A DNA stretch of 64,000 nt from Octopus sinensis (GCF_006345805.1 NC_043004.1:105834001-105898000), one strand, 5' to 3'; counted from the stretch's first letter, positions 24,786 to 37,778 are shown. The notes: generated by a model from the sequence alone, not told the origin. A program made the numbers and translations.

Positions 24786-25638
24786 CAGGGTGCAGTGTAT
24801 AAACTTTTGTCTAAATTACACAAAAATGAAAATAGCACTGACATCTCATTTTAACAGATATATTTACCAAAATTACATAAAAATATCTTGAAATACAAAA
24901 AAATAAACTTATTCAATAAAATTGCCATTGGCTTCAACCACAGCCTCCAAACGACTTCAGTATCTCCTACAGCTCTTCTGGACAGTCTCCTTGTTTAAAT
25001 TGGTGAATGCTTCCATAATCCTTTCCTTCAATTCATCTCTGGTATTACAAGGAGTTTTGTTGGTCTCTCACTCAAGTGTTCTCCACACATAATAATCAAG
25101 AGGGTTACAGTATGAGGACTTAGGTGGCCAGATGTTAGGGGTGATGTGGTCGCAGAAATTGTCTGACAGTCATGACTGGATTCTCCTGCTTGTGTGGCAT
25201 GGTACAGAGTCCTGTTGCCAGACATAGGATCTTCCAGCTCCACCCTGTTGACCCAGGGCAGTACTACATCCTCCAGGCACTTGATGTAGGCCTCCGTGTT
25301 GAGTCTGAGGCCATGTGGGAAGATGAATGGAGGCATAACCTTGCCATCACTAGTAATCACTCCAAACACTATGATGTTAACTGAATGTTTGATTTTTATC
25401 CCTCTCAGTACATGTCTTCAGATTAGCACCCAAAGACTCTGAAATGTTCGTATTGGCGCTTCCAGCATTTATGCCGAGTAGTACAGCATGTTGTTTCCAA
25501 ATTTCTGGTAGAGTGAATTGTGTCATAGTGCTGTTTTTCTCACAGATAGTACCCGACTGATCCTACTGTATTGCATAGTCAACAAAATCAAAAACAAACA
25601 ATGCGCATATGTGAAATTAAAAATATAAAATGGCAACA

Positions 25639-25643
<5 letters not shown>
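24786..25643 (-). pseudogene. Tc1/mariner DD37D (maT-like) transposon, internally deleted
   Basis: TA|CAGGGTG end; VFGVITSDGKVMPPFIF; QQD-37 residues-D in WPPKSSYCNPLDYYVW; stops and a large internal deletion. Confidence 0.85.
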
Positions 25644-25682
<39 letters not shown>

Positions 25683-25703
25683 TGTTGCCATTTTATATTT
25701 TTA
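25618..25703. repeat. Perfect 86-bp palindrome around (TA)17
   Basis: 26-bp arms at 25618-25643 and 25678-25703. Confidence 0.95.
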
Positions 25704-25852
25704 TATATATATAGGGATAATTCACGAAAAAAGCAAAAGACGAAGTCAGGTGGTGTAGAAAACAAAGAGATGTATTAGTATAACGCTCCAAACGGATCCA
25801 CACATATAGAGATCCTCATCCATCCATACATACAAGCTTGGTACATAGTTGT

Positions 25853-25887
<35 letters not shown>

Positions 25888-26083
25888 ACCTACACACATG
25901 CGCACAAACAAACAAAAAGGAATGCAGTGTAAATAACAGACAGAGTCAAGACTATTGTAAAGGTTGTAAGACGCAACGAAAATTTTAAGAAAATAAAAAA
26001 TAAGAAATAAGTGCAAATTTTACCAGTGAGTGTGTTACATTATAAGGCACAAAAAGAAAATGACTCTCCCCAGACACAACAGA

Positions 26084-26114
<31 letters not shown>

Positions 26115-26165
26115 TTTATTTATTTATTTATCTATAAATATGTGTATATACATATATATATATAT

Positions 26166-26196
<31 letters not shown>

Positions 26197-26214
26197 TCTA
26201 TAAATATGTGTATA

Positions 26215-26433
26215 TCATCATCATCATCATCATCGTTTAGCGTCCGTTTTCCATGCTAGCATGGGTTGGACGGTTCTACTGGGGTCTGTGAAGCCAGAAG
26301 GCTTCATCAGGCCCAGTCAAATCTGGCAGTGTTTCTACGGCTGGATGCCCTTCCTAACGCCAACCACTCCGTGAGTGTAGTGGGTGCTTTTTACGTGCCA
26401 CCCGCACTGGTGCCAGACAGAGCTGGCAAACGG
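26215..26433 (-). mobile_element. Young RTE 3' tail
   Basis: Almost identical to 9987-10207; ends in (TA)n. Confidence 0.9.
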
Positions 26434-27364
26434 CATATATATATATATTTATATATGTTTGTGGGTGTGTGTGTGGTGTGTATATATGTATGTATGTATG
26501 TATGTATGTACCTATGTATGATAAGCTCCTTGCTTTGACATTGCATAATAGTTGTAAATGAGTATCACCGTCATACAAGCAGTGTCCTTCAGTTTCAGTC
26601 TTCTTTAAAAAGCATCTCTGGTCAATGGGAAATATTACTTTTCTTGGAAACAGATGAAGGTTGGCAACAGAAAGGCTCTCCAGCCAAAGAAAATCTTCCT
26701 TACCAAATTCTATCCAACCCATGCAGCATGGAAAAGAGGAAGCTAAAACGACGACGACACCACACTCATATATTTAGTACACACATACATGTGCACTTGC
26801 ATATGTGTGTACACTTTAGCAGAATAGAAGAGTAAATAGTATGAGTATAAATCCGACTGAGAAGAGCTTTGCCTTTCATCCTTCCTTCCTTGATCCCTCC
26901 ACTTCTGTTACTGACATATTATTGACATTGAAGAGTTGAATGCTAATGTTGACACCAGAAAGGTTTAACTCAGAATATAATCCAGTTTGATGTTCTCATA
27001 TTTCTGCTAATTAGAACAATGACAGCAGTAATAATCATAGAAACAATATTTTATTAAATAAGATGTTACAAGGAATGATTGTCAATAGCTTATTAGATCT
27101 GTAATACTTTTTAAATAGATTATTTCAAATTCTGGTCAGAACTATCAAGGGTTATGTGACAAAACTTGGACATTAACCAACCTGTTGCAAAGAGTGTTTA
27201 AAGGATTCAAAGACACATAAAACAAAGCAACATGGAAAACTATATAATATATATATATGTATATATATATATACACACACACATATATATAAAAATTAAT
27301 AAAAATAGCTATTTGCAATGTTATACTGTAAAGGAAAATTATAGTCATCAACTAAACTTGATTA

Positions 27365-27974
27365 AGGGTGTGAATAACACGTACATTGCTAGAAATAGGA
27401 GTTAAAATGCTCCAATGCTGTTACAAAGCACATAACATGTACTCTGATAGGGGCTGCAATAACCCCAAATGCCAATCTGAGAATTCCCTAGACTGGCCAG
27501 CCAATTTTGGCTATTTCCATTGCCATCATCAGTAAGGCCAGCTCATTCGGATAATTCTGGGCTACCTCGCCTATCAGAGTGTATATATATATTCGCCATA
27601 AAAATGTATGGGCGTTATTCATAACCTGAGTCAAGTTTAGTTGACGACTATAATTTTCCTTGATGGTATAACATTGCAAGCAGCTGTTTCTATTAATTTT
27701 TTGAATACACATTAGCAATCTGCTAAATCATCCATAGATTTTTATGGTAAATATATATACTCTGATAGGTGAGGTAGGCCAGAATCAACTAAATGAGCTG
27801 GCCTTACTAACAATGGCTACAGAAATAACTGAAACTGGCCAGCCAGTCTAGGGAATTCTTGGTTTCGTGTTCAGGGTGACTGCAACCCCTATCAGAGTAT
27901 ATGTTATGTGCTTTGTAACAACATTGGAGCATTTTAGCTCTTATTTCGAGCAATGTAGGTGTTATTCACACCCT
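27365..27974. mobile_element. Foldback MITE with ~250-bp imperfect terminal inverted repeats
   Basis: AGGGTGTGAATAACAC...GTGTTATTCACACCCT; arms about 27365-27620 and 27731-27974. Confidence 0.85.
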
Positions 27975-28167
27975 ACACATGTGCACCCACACAAAAACAG
28001 ATATAGAAATATTTGTGCTTGTGTGCTTATGCATGTATACATTATGAGAAAAGCCTTTTTTCTCAGTAGAATGTCTAAAATGTGTGTGGTATGTTCTGAG
28101 TTCCTTGTCATACTGGTCAGTGAAAATAATTAAATACTGTATTAGATTTAATAATATTTGTATCTTC

Positions 28168-28385
28168 TAAGGAGGCGAGCTGGCAGAAATGTTGGCACGC
28201 CAGGCGAAATGCTTAGCAGTATTTTGTCTGTCTTTACATTCTGAGTTCAAATTCTGCCAAGGTCTACTTTGCCTTTCATCCTTTTGGGGTCAATAAATTA
28301 AGCACCAGTTGCATACTGAGATGTCGATCGAATCAACTGGACCCCTTCTCAAAAATTTCAGGCCTTAGGCCTAGAGTAGAAAAGA
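28168..28385 (+). mobile_element. SINE family C
   Basis: GGCGAGCTGGCAGAA head and GAGTTCAAATTC box. Confidence 0.8.
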
Positions 28386-30113
28386 ATATTTGTTTCTTCT
28401 AAAGCTGGGGTAAATAAATAACCTACCATTTATAAGTAGAAAGGTGGAAAGGTAAACGATTTTAATGTGTAAATGTAAACCTTGTTGAAATGTTTTTAGC
28501 AATAAAGATAACTATATCGATCATATACAGGAACAAGTATATCATCCCTGATATATACAAAGGGTGGTAGAGTTGAACTACAGGTTGATTGCTAGTGGTT
28601 ACCATTATTTAGAAGAGTAATATAAGATTGTCTGCTATGGGGAAAGTAAGAAGCTAAATGCTTTCAAGCCTTGCCTTTCATCTAATGATTAGAAAAAGAG
28701 GAAAAAAACCTGGTGTTGGGCTGCAAGCAGGCAAACATTTTAATTTCCTCCACCCAGAAACATTAGATTCCATACCCCTAATAACAAATTGACTTATCCA
28801 ACTCAACTATAGGTCACTGTCGTATATTTTAGCTGATCCAAACCAATGATATCCTCTCGTGCAGTTCAGTAGTTTTGTGTCGGTGTAAAGGTGTTACTGT
28901 TATAATCATTATACTTTGGTAAAAATCATTAACTTAACTCAAAGACTATTGACAGATAATATTCTTGCTTTCTGCTAAATCAGTGAAGTTGAATCGAATA
29001 CCAAAGTAGGGAATGTATGTTAATTGTTGTTATTTCAGTCAGTTATGATTGATCAGACATGATCAAAGATGTTCAGGTAATGACCATTCTGTCTTTTCAT
29101 TGTGTCCAGGACTATATTGTCCAATATAGCCTTTTTTTGTATGACAGCAGGGAGGGATTTGGTTAAGTGGACTAGTTAGAGTAGGTGCCACTTGGGATGG
29201 CCCTTGAATTTCCTTCCCACCACCTCTGGGGCCCATAAAAAATCATATTGCTAATGATTCCCTCTTAAAAAGCTACCCCCATAAAAGCACTACCCAGGGT
29301 GGGCAGCTCTGCCACCATTCGTCACTAGCTATGTTACTGATTTGGTTGTTATTTCTAGCAGGTAGGCTTGAGTAAATCCATGTATATATTCATGGTTATA
29401 AATATTGCATATCACTGTATTAGTGATGTTTAACTGACCAATCGGCAAAGAGAATTAATGTTGTGGAAATTATGACCTCAGGGTTAAAGTTATCATAGCA
29501 GTCATGGAAAACTCATGAAGAACAGAATTATTTGCCACTTGCAGACTTTCATGCAGAGAAAAGTTACCTCAAGACTTCTTCAAAACAGAGATCTTGTTTT
29601 GACCCTTCTCCTGGCATGAATATATCACATTTAAGTAACTTAGTGTACTTATCTCATAATTACTATACTTCAATTGAGCTGCATTGTTAATTCATGTGTT
29701 ACTTTAAGTGTAAATAAATATTTCAGTTATTTAAGTTTTACAATAATTTTCAATTTATGACTCTTAAGAATAAAGTTATAAGTGATTATAAGTTACAGTA
29801 TTGAAAATAAAGAAAACAAAAAATAGTAAAGGAAAATTATTGCTGTATTTGTAAATCATTTCAAATTGTGATGAAAATATATCATATTGAAGAAGTGTAT
29901 GTGTTTATAGTGCTGTTATTCGACCAATGTATATTTAAGAAACATTTGTTGACATTATGTGAAAAATACTAAAATATAATCAACAGCCAATGGATTTTAG
30001 TGTATGCTGTGTTGGTATATAATGCATCATGAGATGTAAATATATTTTACTGTACATCTATCCTAAATTAGCTACCGCTAAAAAGAAATAGGATGTATAT
30101 AATTCATAGATAT

Positions 30114-30490
30114 AGGCATAGTAGTGGCTGTGTGGTAAGTAGCTTCCTTACGAACCACATAGTTCCAGGTTCAGTCCCACTGTGTGGCACCTTGGGCAAG
30201 TGTCTTCTACTATAGCCTTGGGCCGACCAAAGCCTTGTGAGTGGATTTGGTAGACGGAAACTGAAAGAGGCCTGTCGTATATATGTATATATATATGTGT
30301 GTGTGTTTGTCCCTCCAATATCACTTGACAACTGATGCTGGTGTGTTTACATCCCCGTAACTTATCAGTTCAGCAAAAGAGACCAATAGAATAAGTACTA
30401 GGCTTACAAAGAATAAATCCTGGGCTCGATTTGCTCGACTAAAGGCTCCAACATGGCCACAGTCAAATGACTGAAACAAGTAAAAGAGTA
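30114..30490 (+). mobile_element. SINE family A
   Basis: Near full-length consensus. Confidence 0.85.
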
Positions 30491-31036
30491 TACATATATA
30501 ATGACGATGATGATGGCTGTCCACTTGTGAGCGAGGAAGACCATCACTGACCATTTCCCATGCAAAATGCCAGCAATACACATGCTTGAGATTATTTGCA
30601 ATCACCATTAGACTCATCCAACTCTTTCCAAATCCACTGCACTCTCCTCAGATTGACACCCAATTGACATTGAAATGTTCATATTGGAACTTCCAGCATG
30701 AATGCCAAGCTGTGTAACATGTTTCCAAATTTCTGGCAGAGTGAATTGTGTCATGGTGCAGTCAGCTTCACCTGGGATTGCATCCATGGCTTCCATGCAT
30801 GCCATGGACCCCTCCTACTGAACTGGGTATCGGATAGTTGCCTTGCTGTTGGTTGCACAACCTAAATGTTTTAGGTCCAATAATGCTTGCACAGTACCTC
30901 ACAGACATTCTCCACTCTACTGACATGGTCCAGAGACAAGCCAGAGCAAGATGTCCAATGTAAATATGGGTCACAGGCTCAGGAATACATATGTGTATGT
31001 GTGAGTGTATGTGTGAGTGTGTGGTATGTGTGTGTA

Positions 31037-31114
<78 letters not shown>

Positions 31115-31240
31115 GGGTGTGATGGGTAAATTGTTGCCACTTCATATTTTTAATTTTGTGCATGAGCATTGTTTGTTTTCAATTTTGTTGACTCTGCATT
31201 ATAATAGGGTCAGTTAGATACCATCTGTGAGAAAATCTGC

Positions 31241-31560
31241 ATACTCTTAACCACTACGTCAAATGCCTGTAGGCACTTATGGAGTGAATTTTAGGGTTAA
31301 TATTTTCCTATGGCATAGTGGTTAAGAGCACAGGCTACTAACCCCAAGATTCCAAGTTCGATTCCAGGCAGTGACCTGAATAATAATAATAATGATAATA
31401 ATAATAATAATAATAATAACATCGAAAAATACCTTAGAAATGAGAACCCAGGTTCGAAATTTCCTCAAGACACCTGATGAAGGCTGGAGGGAATATCAAC
31501 CGGAACGTGTTAACAACAAACGAGATGAGGACAAATATCCATCAAATGTAAATAATGTAG
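31241..31560 (+). mobile_element. tRNA-headed SINE-like element with hammerhead-like 3' module
   Basis: A box TGGCATAGTGG at 31311-31321, B box GTTCGATTCC at 31356-31365, (AAT)n, CTGATGA-A-GGCTG..CAACC-GGAAC at 31474-31506, AATGTAAATAATGTA end. Confidence 0.6.
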
Positions 31561-32318
31561 AATATATATATTTTTGAAACTGATTTTTCATACCATTGCT
31601 AATCTGAGATTTTTTATCTGAATAAAAGCACAAAATAAGGATCACAACAGAGTAACTAGCCAGCTTCAAAGACATACAGTACACACTTACATCCACTATA
31701 TTTTAGAGTGTGTAGTTCTTTCTCACAAATATTTATCTTGCCAGTGGATAGATCAATGAAGACCAGTTAAATAGCCACTCTGAACACCAGACCAATGAAT
31801 TTTTGGTATGGAATGTTACCAATGATAAAATAGTTTTAAAAAAATTCTATCTCTTGTTCATGATATGATTTGATCCATATGAGAAGCAAAGTGCCAAGAA
31901 GTTTACCACAATGAAGAACTCTGTGCCAAAGTGTGCTTAAGTGTAGATACTAGACAATAGGAATGTGTTAAGGATATTGGAGGTCAGCATTTAAAATATT
32001 GTACTTAATTGCAGTAAGCTTGTTATAAGTACATCATCCTTATTGTAATATACTAAAGCTGTTGTAATAATCATAACTATATAATCATATTGAGTATTGA
32101 TACAATGTGAATTAATAATAAATATATATACAGAGCCATGTCTCTATATATTTAGTCTTGCTGTGAAATTATGGCCTGCGAAACCTTTTTGGTAGCTAAT
32201 ATAATGCAGATTGAACCAGTCAATTTTGTTGTTAGTTGAGTCATAAGGATTCTTTGTATCTCTTTCTTTTTATCTCTTTCTCTCTCTTTCTTTCTTTCTC
32301 TCAAGGTGCCCATACAAA

Positions 32319-32349
<31 letters not shown>

Positions 32350-33099
32350 TATGTGTGTGTGTGTGTGTATGCTACTGGATGTGTGAATTAGAAGTTCATT
32401 TTGAAACCACGTGTTCTGAGGTTCAGTCTGACTGCAAGGCAGTGTCTTCAAATATAGCCTCAGGCTGAGCAATGCCTTTTGAGTGGAATTGGTAAACAGA
32501 AACTGTATGAAAACCCATTGTGTGTGTGTGTGTGTGTGTGTGTTTGTGGTTTTGCAATAGTGTGTGTGTGTGTGAAAGTATCTGCATGTATGTATTGTGT
32601 GTGTGTACAAGCACACTCATACACAATTGTTGTCCAATGTACAGAAACCAGCTCTGATTTCTAATCTTTAAACTTCCAAACTTTACATTGATAAACAATG
32701 TTAACTCTAAATGTCTCTACTCAGTCTTCTGGCTTCATCTTTTTCTCCTTATAACTCATAATTTGAATCACACCCATCTATTTTCTCTCTTTACTATTCC
32801 TGGTGGCATCATATGGAGTAAACTCCTCACCCACTTCCTCCATCGGACCCCATCAGAAGCACCTGTCAGTATTCCTTCCAGCTGGATTCCCAAATATCCC
32901 CAACTGAGACTACAGCATTTATCCAGCAATTTCATTCTTCATTTCCCTCCACATCTCCAATCAGATGCCTCCTCTTGAAGTATCCATTTTCTGATCCTTC
33001 CTGGCAACATTCTAATCACATGCTCATTGTACTGGAGTTGTAACCTGTATCAAGACACTTGATCACGGCCAAATTTCTTCAACGAAAATCTCCTGTTGT

Positions 33100-33400
33100 T
33101 CTTGTTTAGTTCTAAATTAGCCTTAATTAAAGTAAACTTATTGACAAGTGACCATCCAATCTCTTTTTTAAAATCTAATACATCTAGGACCGGGCATGCC
33201 TACAAAGTCAGAAAGTACCACAGCTCCCGTAACTTTCAGAAACATTTTTTCAGACTCAGAGTTGCAAAAGCATGGAACAAACTCTACCTGCATCAGTTGT
33301 TAGTTGCCAAGACATTGCATCCTTTAAAACCTCCATGCTTCCTGAAATTCACCAACACTACATCCCCCACTCCACACGCATGCACACATGTATATCATGA
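33100..33400 (+). pseudogene. CR1-like LINE 3' end
   Basis: KHFFRLRVAKAWNKL..VVSCQDIASFK (frameshifted), resembling the CR1 C-terminal motif. Confidence 0.75.
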
Positions 33401-33680
33401 CTCATACACTGATCACTTTCCTGACTTTTGTACATAATTCTATGTACTGTACATGCACCTTTGCTGAATTGTAGCTCACCTGAGCACTATACACAATAAT
33501 TTCATTATTATTATTTATTATTACCCAATGCCTTTTTCTCATTTTTTTAGATGCTAAGGGGTGATATAAGGAAGATTTTGGCTGCTACTTTTAGTCAGCC
33601 AAGTGGTCACATAGAAGCTTCCTCTTTGAGTCATAAATTGGTTCATCAAGCATGCTGTAATATTCAAGGCTTGGACTCTT

Positions 33681-33723
<43 letters not shown>

Positions 33724-33772
33724 TACTTTACTATACAAGGAGAAATTGATATTAAGATTGTATCATCTAGAA

Positions 33773-34040
33773 CAGGGGTTCCCAAACTTTTTCAGGCTCC
33801 CACCCCCTTACCCCCCAGGTCACATTCCTAACACCCTCTTCCCCTCCCTACCACAAACAGACCACTTTCTGCAGCAAATACAAAACAATTGTATGTCACA
33901 AATAAAACTTAGCATAATTAATCCATTGAGATTTTTTACATCCATCACTCCCTCTTTGTCACTCCATTATTGTCCCACTTTTCTTTAGTGCCACCCCTTG
34001 GGATCCAAGAGGGAAGTACCACCCAGTTTGGAAACGACTG
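33773..34040. mobile_element. hAT (Charlie-like) MITE
   Basis: TIRs CAGGGGTTCCCAAACT / AGTTTGGAAACGACTG; TSD ATCTAGAA vs ATTAAGAA (6/8). Confidence 0.75.
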
Positions 34041-34094
34041 ATTAAGAAGTTCAAGACTAGATGCTATTAGAATATGTGTCATTAGAAGAGTGAC

Positions 34095-34265
34095 TAGGGT
34101 ATTGGTGGTGGTGGTGATGGTGGGTGGTGATGATGGTGGGTGGTGGTGGTGGTGGTGGTGGTGGTGGCGGCGGCGGCGGCGGTGGCGGTGGTGGTTGTGG
34201 TGGTGGTGTGGTGGTGGTGGTTGTGGTGGTGGTGGTGGTGGTGGTGGTGGTGGTGGTGGTGGTGC
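34095..34265. repeat. (GGT)n/(GGC)n trinucleotide array
   Basis: Direct reading. Confidence 0.95.
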
Positions 34266-34376
34266 AGCATTAAGGCAAGGATGTATGTGACATTTGCAGT
34301 GCAACAAAACATGTAGTAATGCAGAATGGTTGATATTAGTAATACAGTATTCTCTCATAAATACATATAAACATAT

Positions 34377-34789
34377 AGGCGCAGGAGTGGCTGTGTGGTA
34401 AGTAGCTTGCTAACCAACCACATGGTTCCGGGTTCAGTCCCACTGCGTGGCATCTTAGGCAAGTGTCTTCTGCTATAGCCCCGGGCCGACCAATGCCTTG
34501 TGAGTGGATTTGGTAGACAGAAACTGAAAGAAGCCCGTTGTATATATGTATATATATATATGCGTGTGTGTGTTTGTGTGTCTGTGTTTGTCCCCTAGCA
34601 TTGCCTGACAACCGATGCTGGTGTGTTTACGTCCCCGTCACTTAGCGGTTCGGCTAAAGAGACCGATCGAATAAGTACTGGGCTTACAAAGAATAAGTCC
34701 CGGGGTCGATTTGCTCGACTAAAGGTGGTGCTCCAGCATGGCCGCAGTCAAATGACTGAAACAAGTAAAAGAGTAAAGAGTAAAAGAGT
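34377..34789 (+). mobile_element. SINE family A, young full-length copy
   Basis: Near-identical to 51908-52325. Confidence 0.9.
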
Positions 34790-35164
34790 ATACACTAAAC
34801 ATGCCTTAATTTATTACATACTTGTACTCACAATAGTGTCAGTAAACGATACATGTTGGCTGGCCCCACTCATACACACAAATCACAAAACTACATGCAT
34901 GTACACATGTAGCACATCGCCCATCAAATCAAGATACATCACTCACATAACACCACACACAATCACATCCTGTAAAAACTGCCATACTACTTACATGTCT
35001 ACCCAAAGCAACAAACAGTCACCATGTATAAATACAAACGCACAACACACATGTTTACGAGAAAAACTCCACTTTACAACAAAAACTTAATCAAAGAAGG
35101 TAAAAAATAAAATGCAAGGAAAATTTAAACTAAATGCCTGGAGGAAACTAAAAGTCACGATTTC

Positions 35165-35260
35165 ATGTGAGATTAATTTTATGTTTCTTGTGTATATACA
35201 GATATATATATATACATATATATCTGTATATACACAAGAAACATAAAATTAATCTCACAT
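35165..35260. repeat. 96-bp palindrome centred on a TA tract
   Basis: 45-bp perfect arms; one mismatch near the centre. Confidence 0.95.
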
Positions 35261-35545
35261 ACATATCAACTTGTACATCCAACTTAACTTAGATGTGCTA
35301 CTATGAAAATGATGCCATAAACTGCAGTGATTGCTCTGAGAAATTCCCATGTGTAAATGTGTCAAGTTAAAAAGCATAGATTCTATTAAGCAGACTAAAT
35401 TTTGTTGGAATTGGTTTTGCATCAACGATATATATATATATATATATAACGGGAAGCTTTATGAAAATAAACAAAAGACGAAGGCAGGTGGAATACAAAC
35501 AAACAATTGTATTAGTATGGTGCTCAAGAATATAAATAAAACAAG

Positions 35546-35583
35546 TCTTTTACGTTTCGAGCCTACGCTCTTCAGCAGAAAGA
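35546..35583 (-). ncRNA. Minimal hammerhead-like motif with A6C core variant
   Basis: TCTTT-CTGCTGA-A-GAGC-GTAG-GCTC-GAAAC-GTA|AAAGA. Confidence 0.5.
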
Positions 35584-35867
35584 TACACAGAAAAGAAACA
35601 AGGAGAGAAACAAGGAGAGAAAAATAAAAAATTTTTTTTAAATATATATATATATACACACCCATACCTCAGTACAATGGACCAAAAGTGGGGAACACTG
35701 GTCCGTCCAATGAAGCCGATTGTCCGTAGGTACCAACACTAAGGATGGGTTACGTTAGGAGTGCCAGATCAGATTGGAGCCTGGTGCAGCCATCTGGTTT
35801 GCCAATCCTTGTGCTCCAGCATGGCCACAGTCAAATGCCTGAAACAAGTGAGAGAGTAAAGGAGTAT

Positions 35868-35898
<31 letters not shown>

Positions 35899-36260
35899 GG
35901 TATGGTGATGCAAATAGGAAAAATAGAAGTCAAAATATGAGTGTGTATATATATATATATTTATTTACATTTAGCAGTGGTTGTTGTGGAGGTAAAATGG
36001 TGGGATAGAATAGTGCTGGAAATGTAATCGTATTCAAGAGAGAGAATAATAGTGGTGCAAGAAGAAATGTAATACTAAGAGGAATATGATAGTGCTAACG
36101 GTAATATTAGCAGTAATAATAATTGTTATAATGATGGTTTTTATAAAGTTGGGTGATATGATAATAATCATGACAGTGATAGAGCAGACACAGTGATAAT
36201 TGTAGTGGCAGTGATGGTGGTAGTGGTGGCGTAGTGGCGGTATTGTTGGATGTTGGTGGT

Positions 36261-36490
36261 GGTGAGCTGGCAGAACCGTTAGCACACTGGGTGAAATGCG
36301 TAGCTGTATTTTGTCTGCCGTTACGTTCTGAGTTCAAATTCTGCCGAGGTCAACTTTGCCGTTCATCCTTTCGGGGTCGATAAATTAAGTACCAGTTACG
36401 CACTGGGGTTGATATAATTGACTTTATCCGTTTGTCTGTTCTTGTTTGTCCCCTCTATGTTTAGCCCCTTGTGGGTAATAAAGAAATAGG
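36261..36490 (+). mobile_element. SINE family C, young, long TSD
   Basis: TATTGTTGGATGTTGGTGGT duplicated at 36241-36260 and 36491-36510. Confidence 0.9.
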
Positions 36491-36759
36491 TATTGTTGGA
36501 TGTTGGTGGTGGTGGTGGTGGTGGTGGTGGTGGTGAAGATGGAGACAATAATAGTATTTGCTGTTTAACCCCAGGTCAGCTCTCATTGATCACGGCTGTC
36601 TCACCTGTGACCATTCTATCTTCTTCAGACAGAGTGTACCTATGCATACATTATCATGTATCTTTAAGACAATAAGGTATGTGGTTTGAGTAAGATTTGG
36701 TTGCTATTTCTACCAGATCAGGAACCCACAAATACTCTCTTCTTGGTTTGGGTAATTAT

Positions 36760-37200
36760 TCTTTTGCATTGTTGTTGTTGTTGTTGGTGGTGGAGCTTAT
36801 TGTGTAATAATTATGTTTGGGTGGTGCTACTGTTGTTTTAGTAGTACTGTAGTGGTGGTGGTGGTGGTGGTGGTATTGGTGGTGGTAATGTAATAATTTA
36901 TGTTGGTGGTAGTGGTGGTGGTGCTGTTGTATTGCCGGTAGCATAATGGTATGGTCGAGGTGGTACTTTCAGTTTGGCAGTAATGTAATGGTGGTAATAA
37001 CGGTGGCAATGGTGGTGGTGGTGGTGGTGGGTGGTGGTGGTGGCGGTGGTGGTGCAGATGTATTGGTAATAGCATCATTACCAATACATCTGGTGATGGT
37101 GGTGGTGGTGGTAGTGGTGGTGGTGGTAACAGTAGTAGTAGTCATGTAATTGGTGATGGCACTGATGGTAGTTTTGGTTTGGTGACAGCAATGGTGTTGA
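36760..37200. repeat. Degenerate (GGT/GTA/GTT)n low-complexity tract
   Basis: Direct reading. Confidence 0.9.
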
Positions 37201-37398
37201 TGCTTAAGATATATTCTTTATAATCTCAGATGTGACCTAATTTATCAAAACACGAAATCTACCTCCCCCTCCCTCTCTCCCTCGCCCTCACTCTTCTCCC
37301 CACCTCATCTTCCTCCTCTTCCTCCACCTCTCCTTTCTCCTTATACTCTCATAAGATGTTTGTGTTGTTCTTAATGAAGGCTTATGTATACATACATG

Positions 37399-37447
<49 letters not shown>

Positions 37448-37778
37448 CTATGTATGTATGTATGTATGTATATCTATATGCATATGTACGTGTGTATACA
37501 TCTCTATGTCTGTCTATGCATATGTGTAACTATATCTAAAAACATTTATACATATGTATATATGTATATATATGTTTGCATATCCACATACATATATATC
37601 AATTTGTGCGTGTACCAATGTATGCTCCAGAAGATACCTCCATCAGTCTTTATACAATTGTGTATATATGCATAAATGCGAATGTGTGTGTTTTGAGTAT
37701 GTATGGTTGGGCTGCGCTGGGTATAGGGAAAATGTTTAGTGTTTGTATTGGTTCTGCTGATGAGGATATATGTATATA

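Noticed and set aside
18468-31380. tRNA-like sequences at SINE heads (e.g. 18700-18777, 31311-31375)
   Set aside because: A and B boxes are present, but there is no complete cloverleaf and they run into SINE bodies; not tRNA genes
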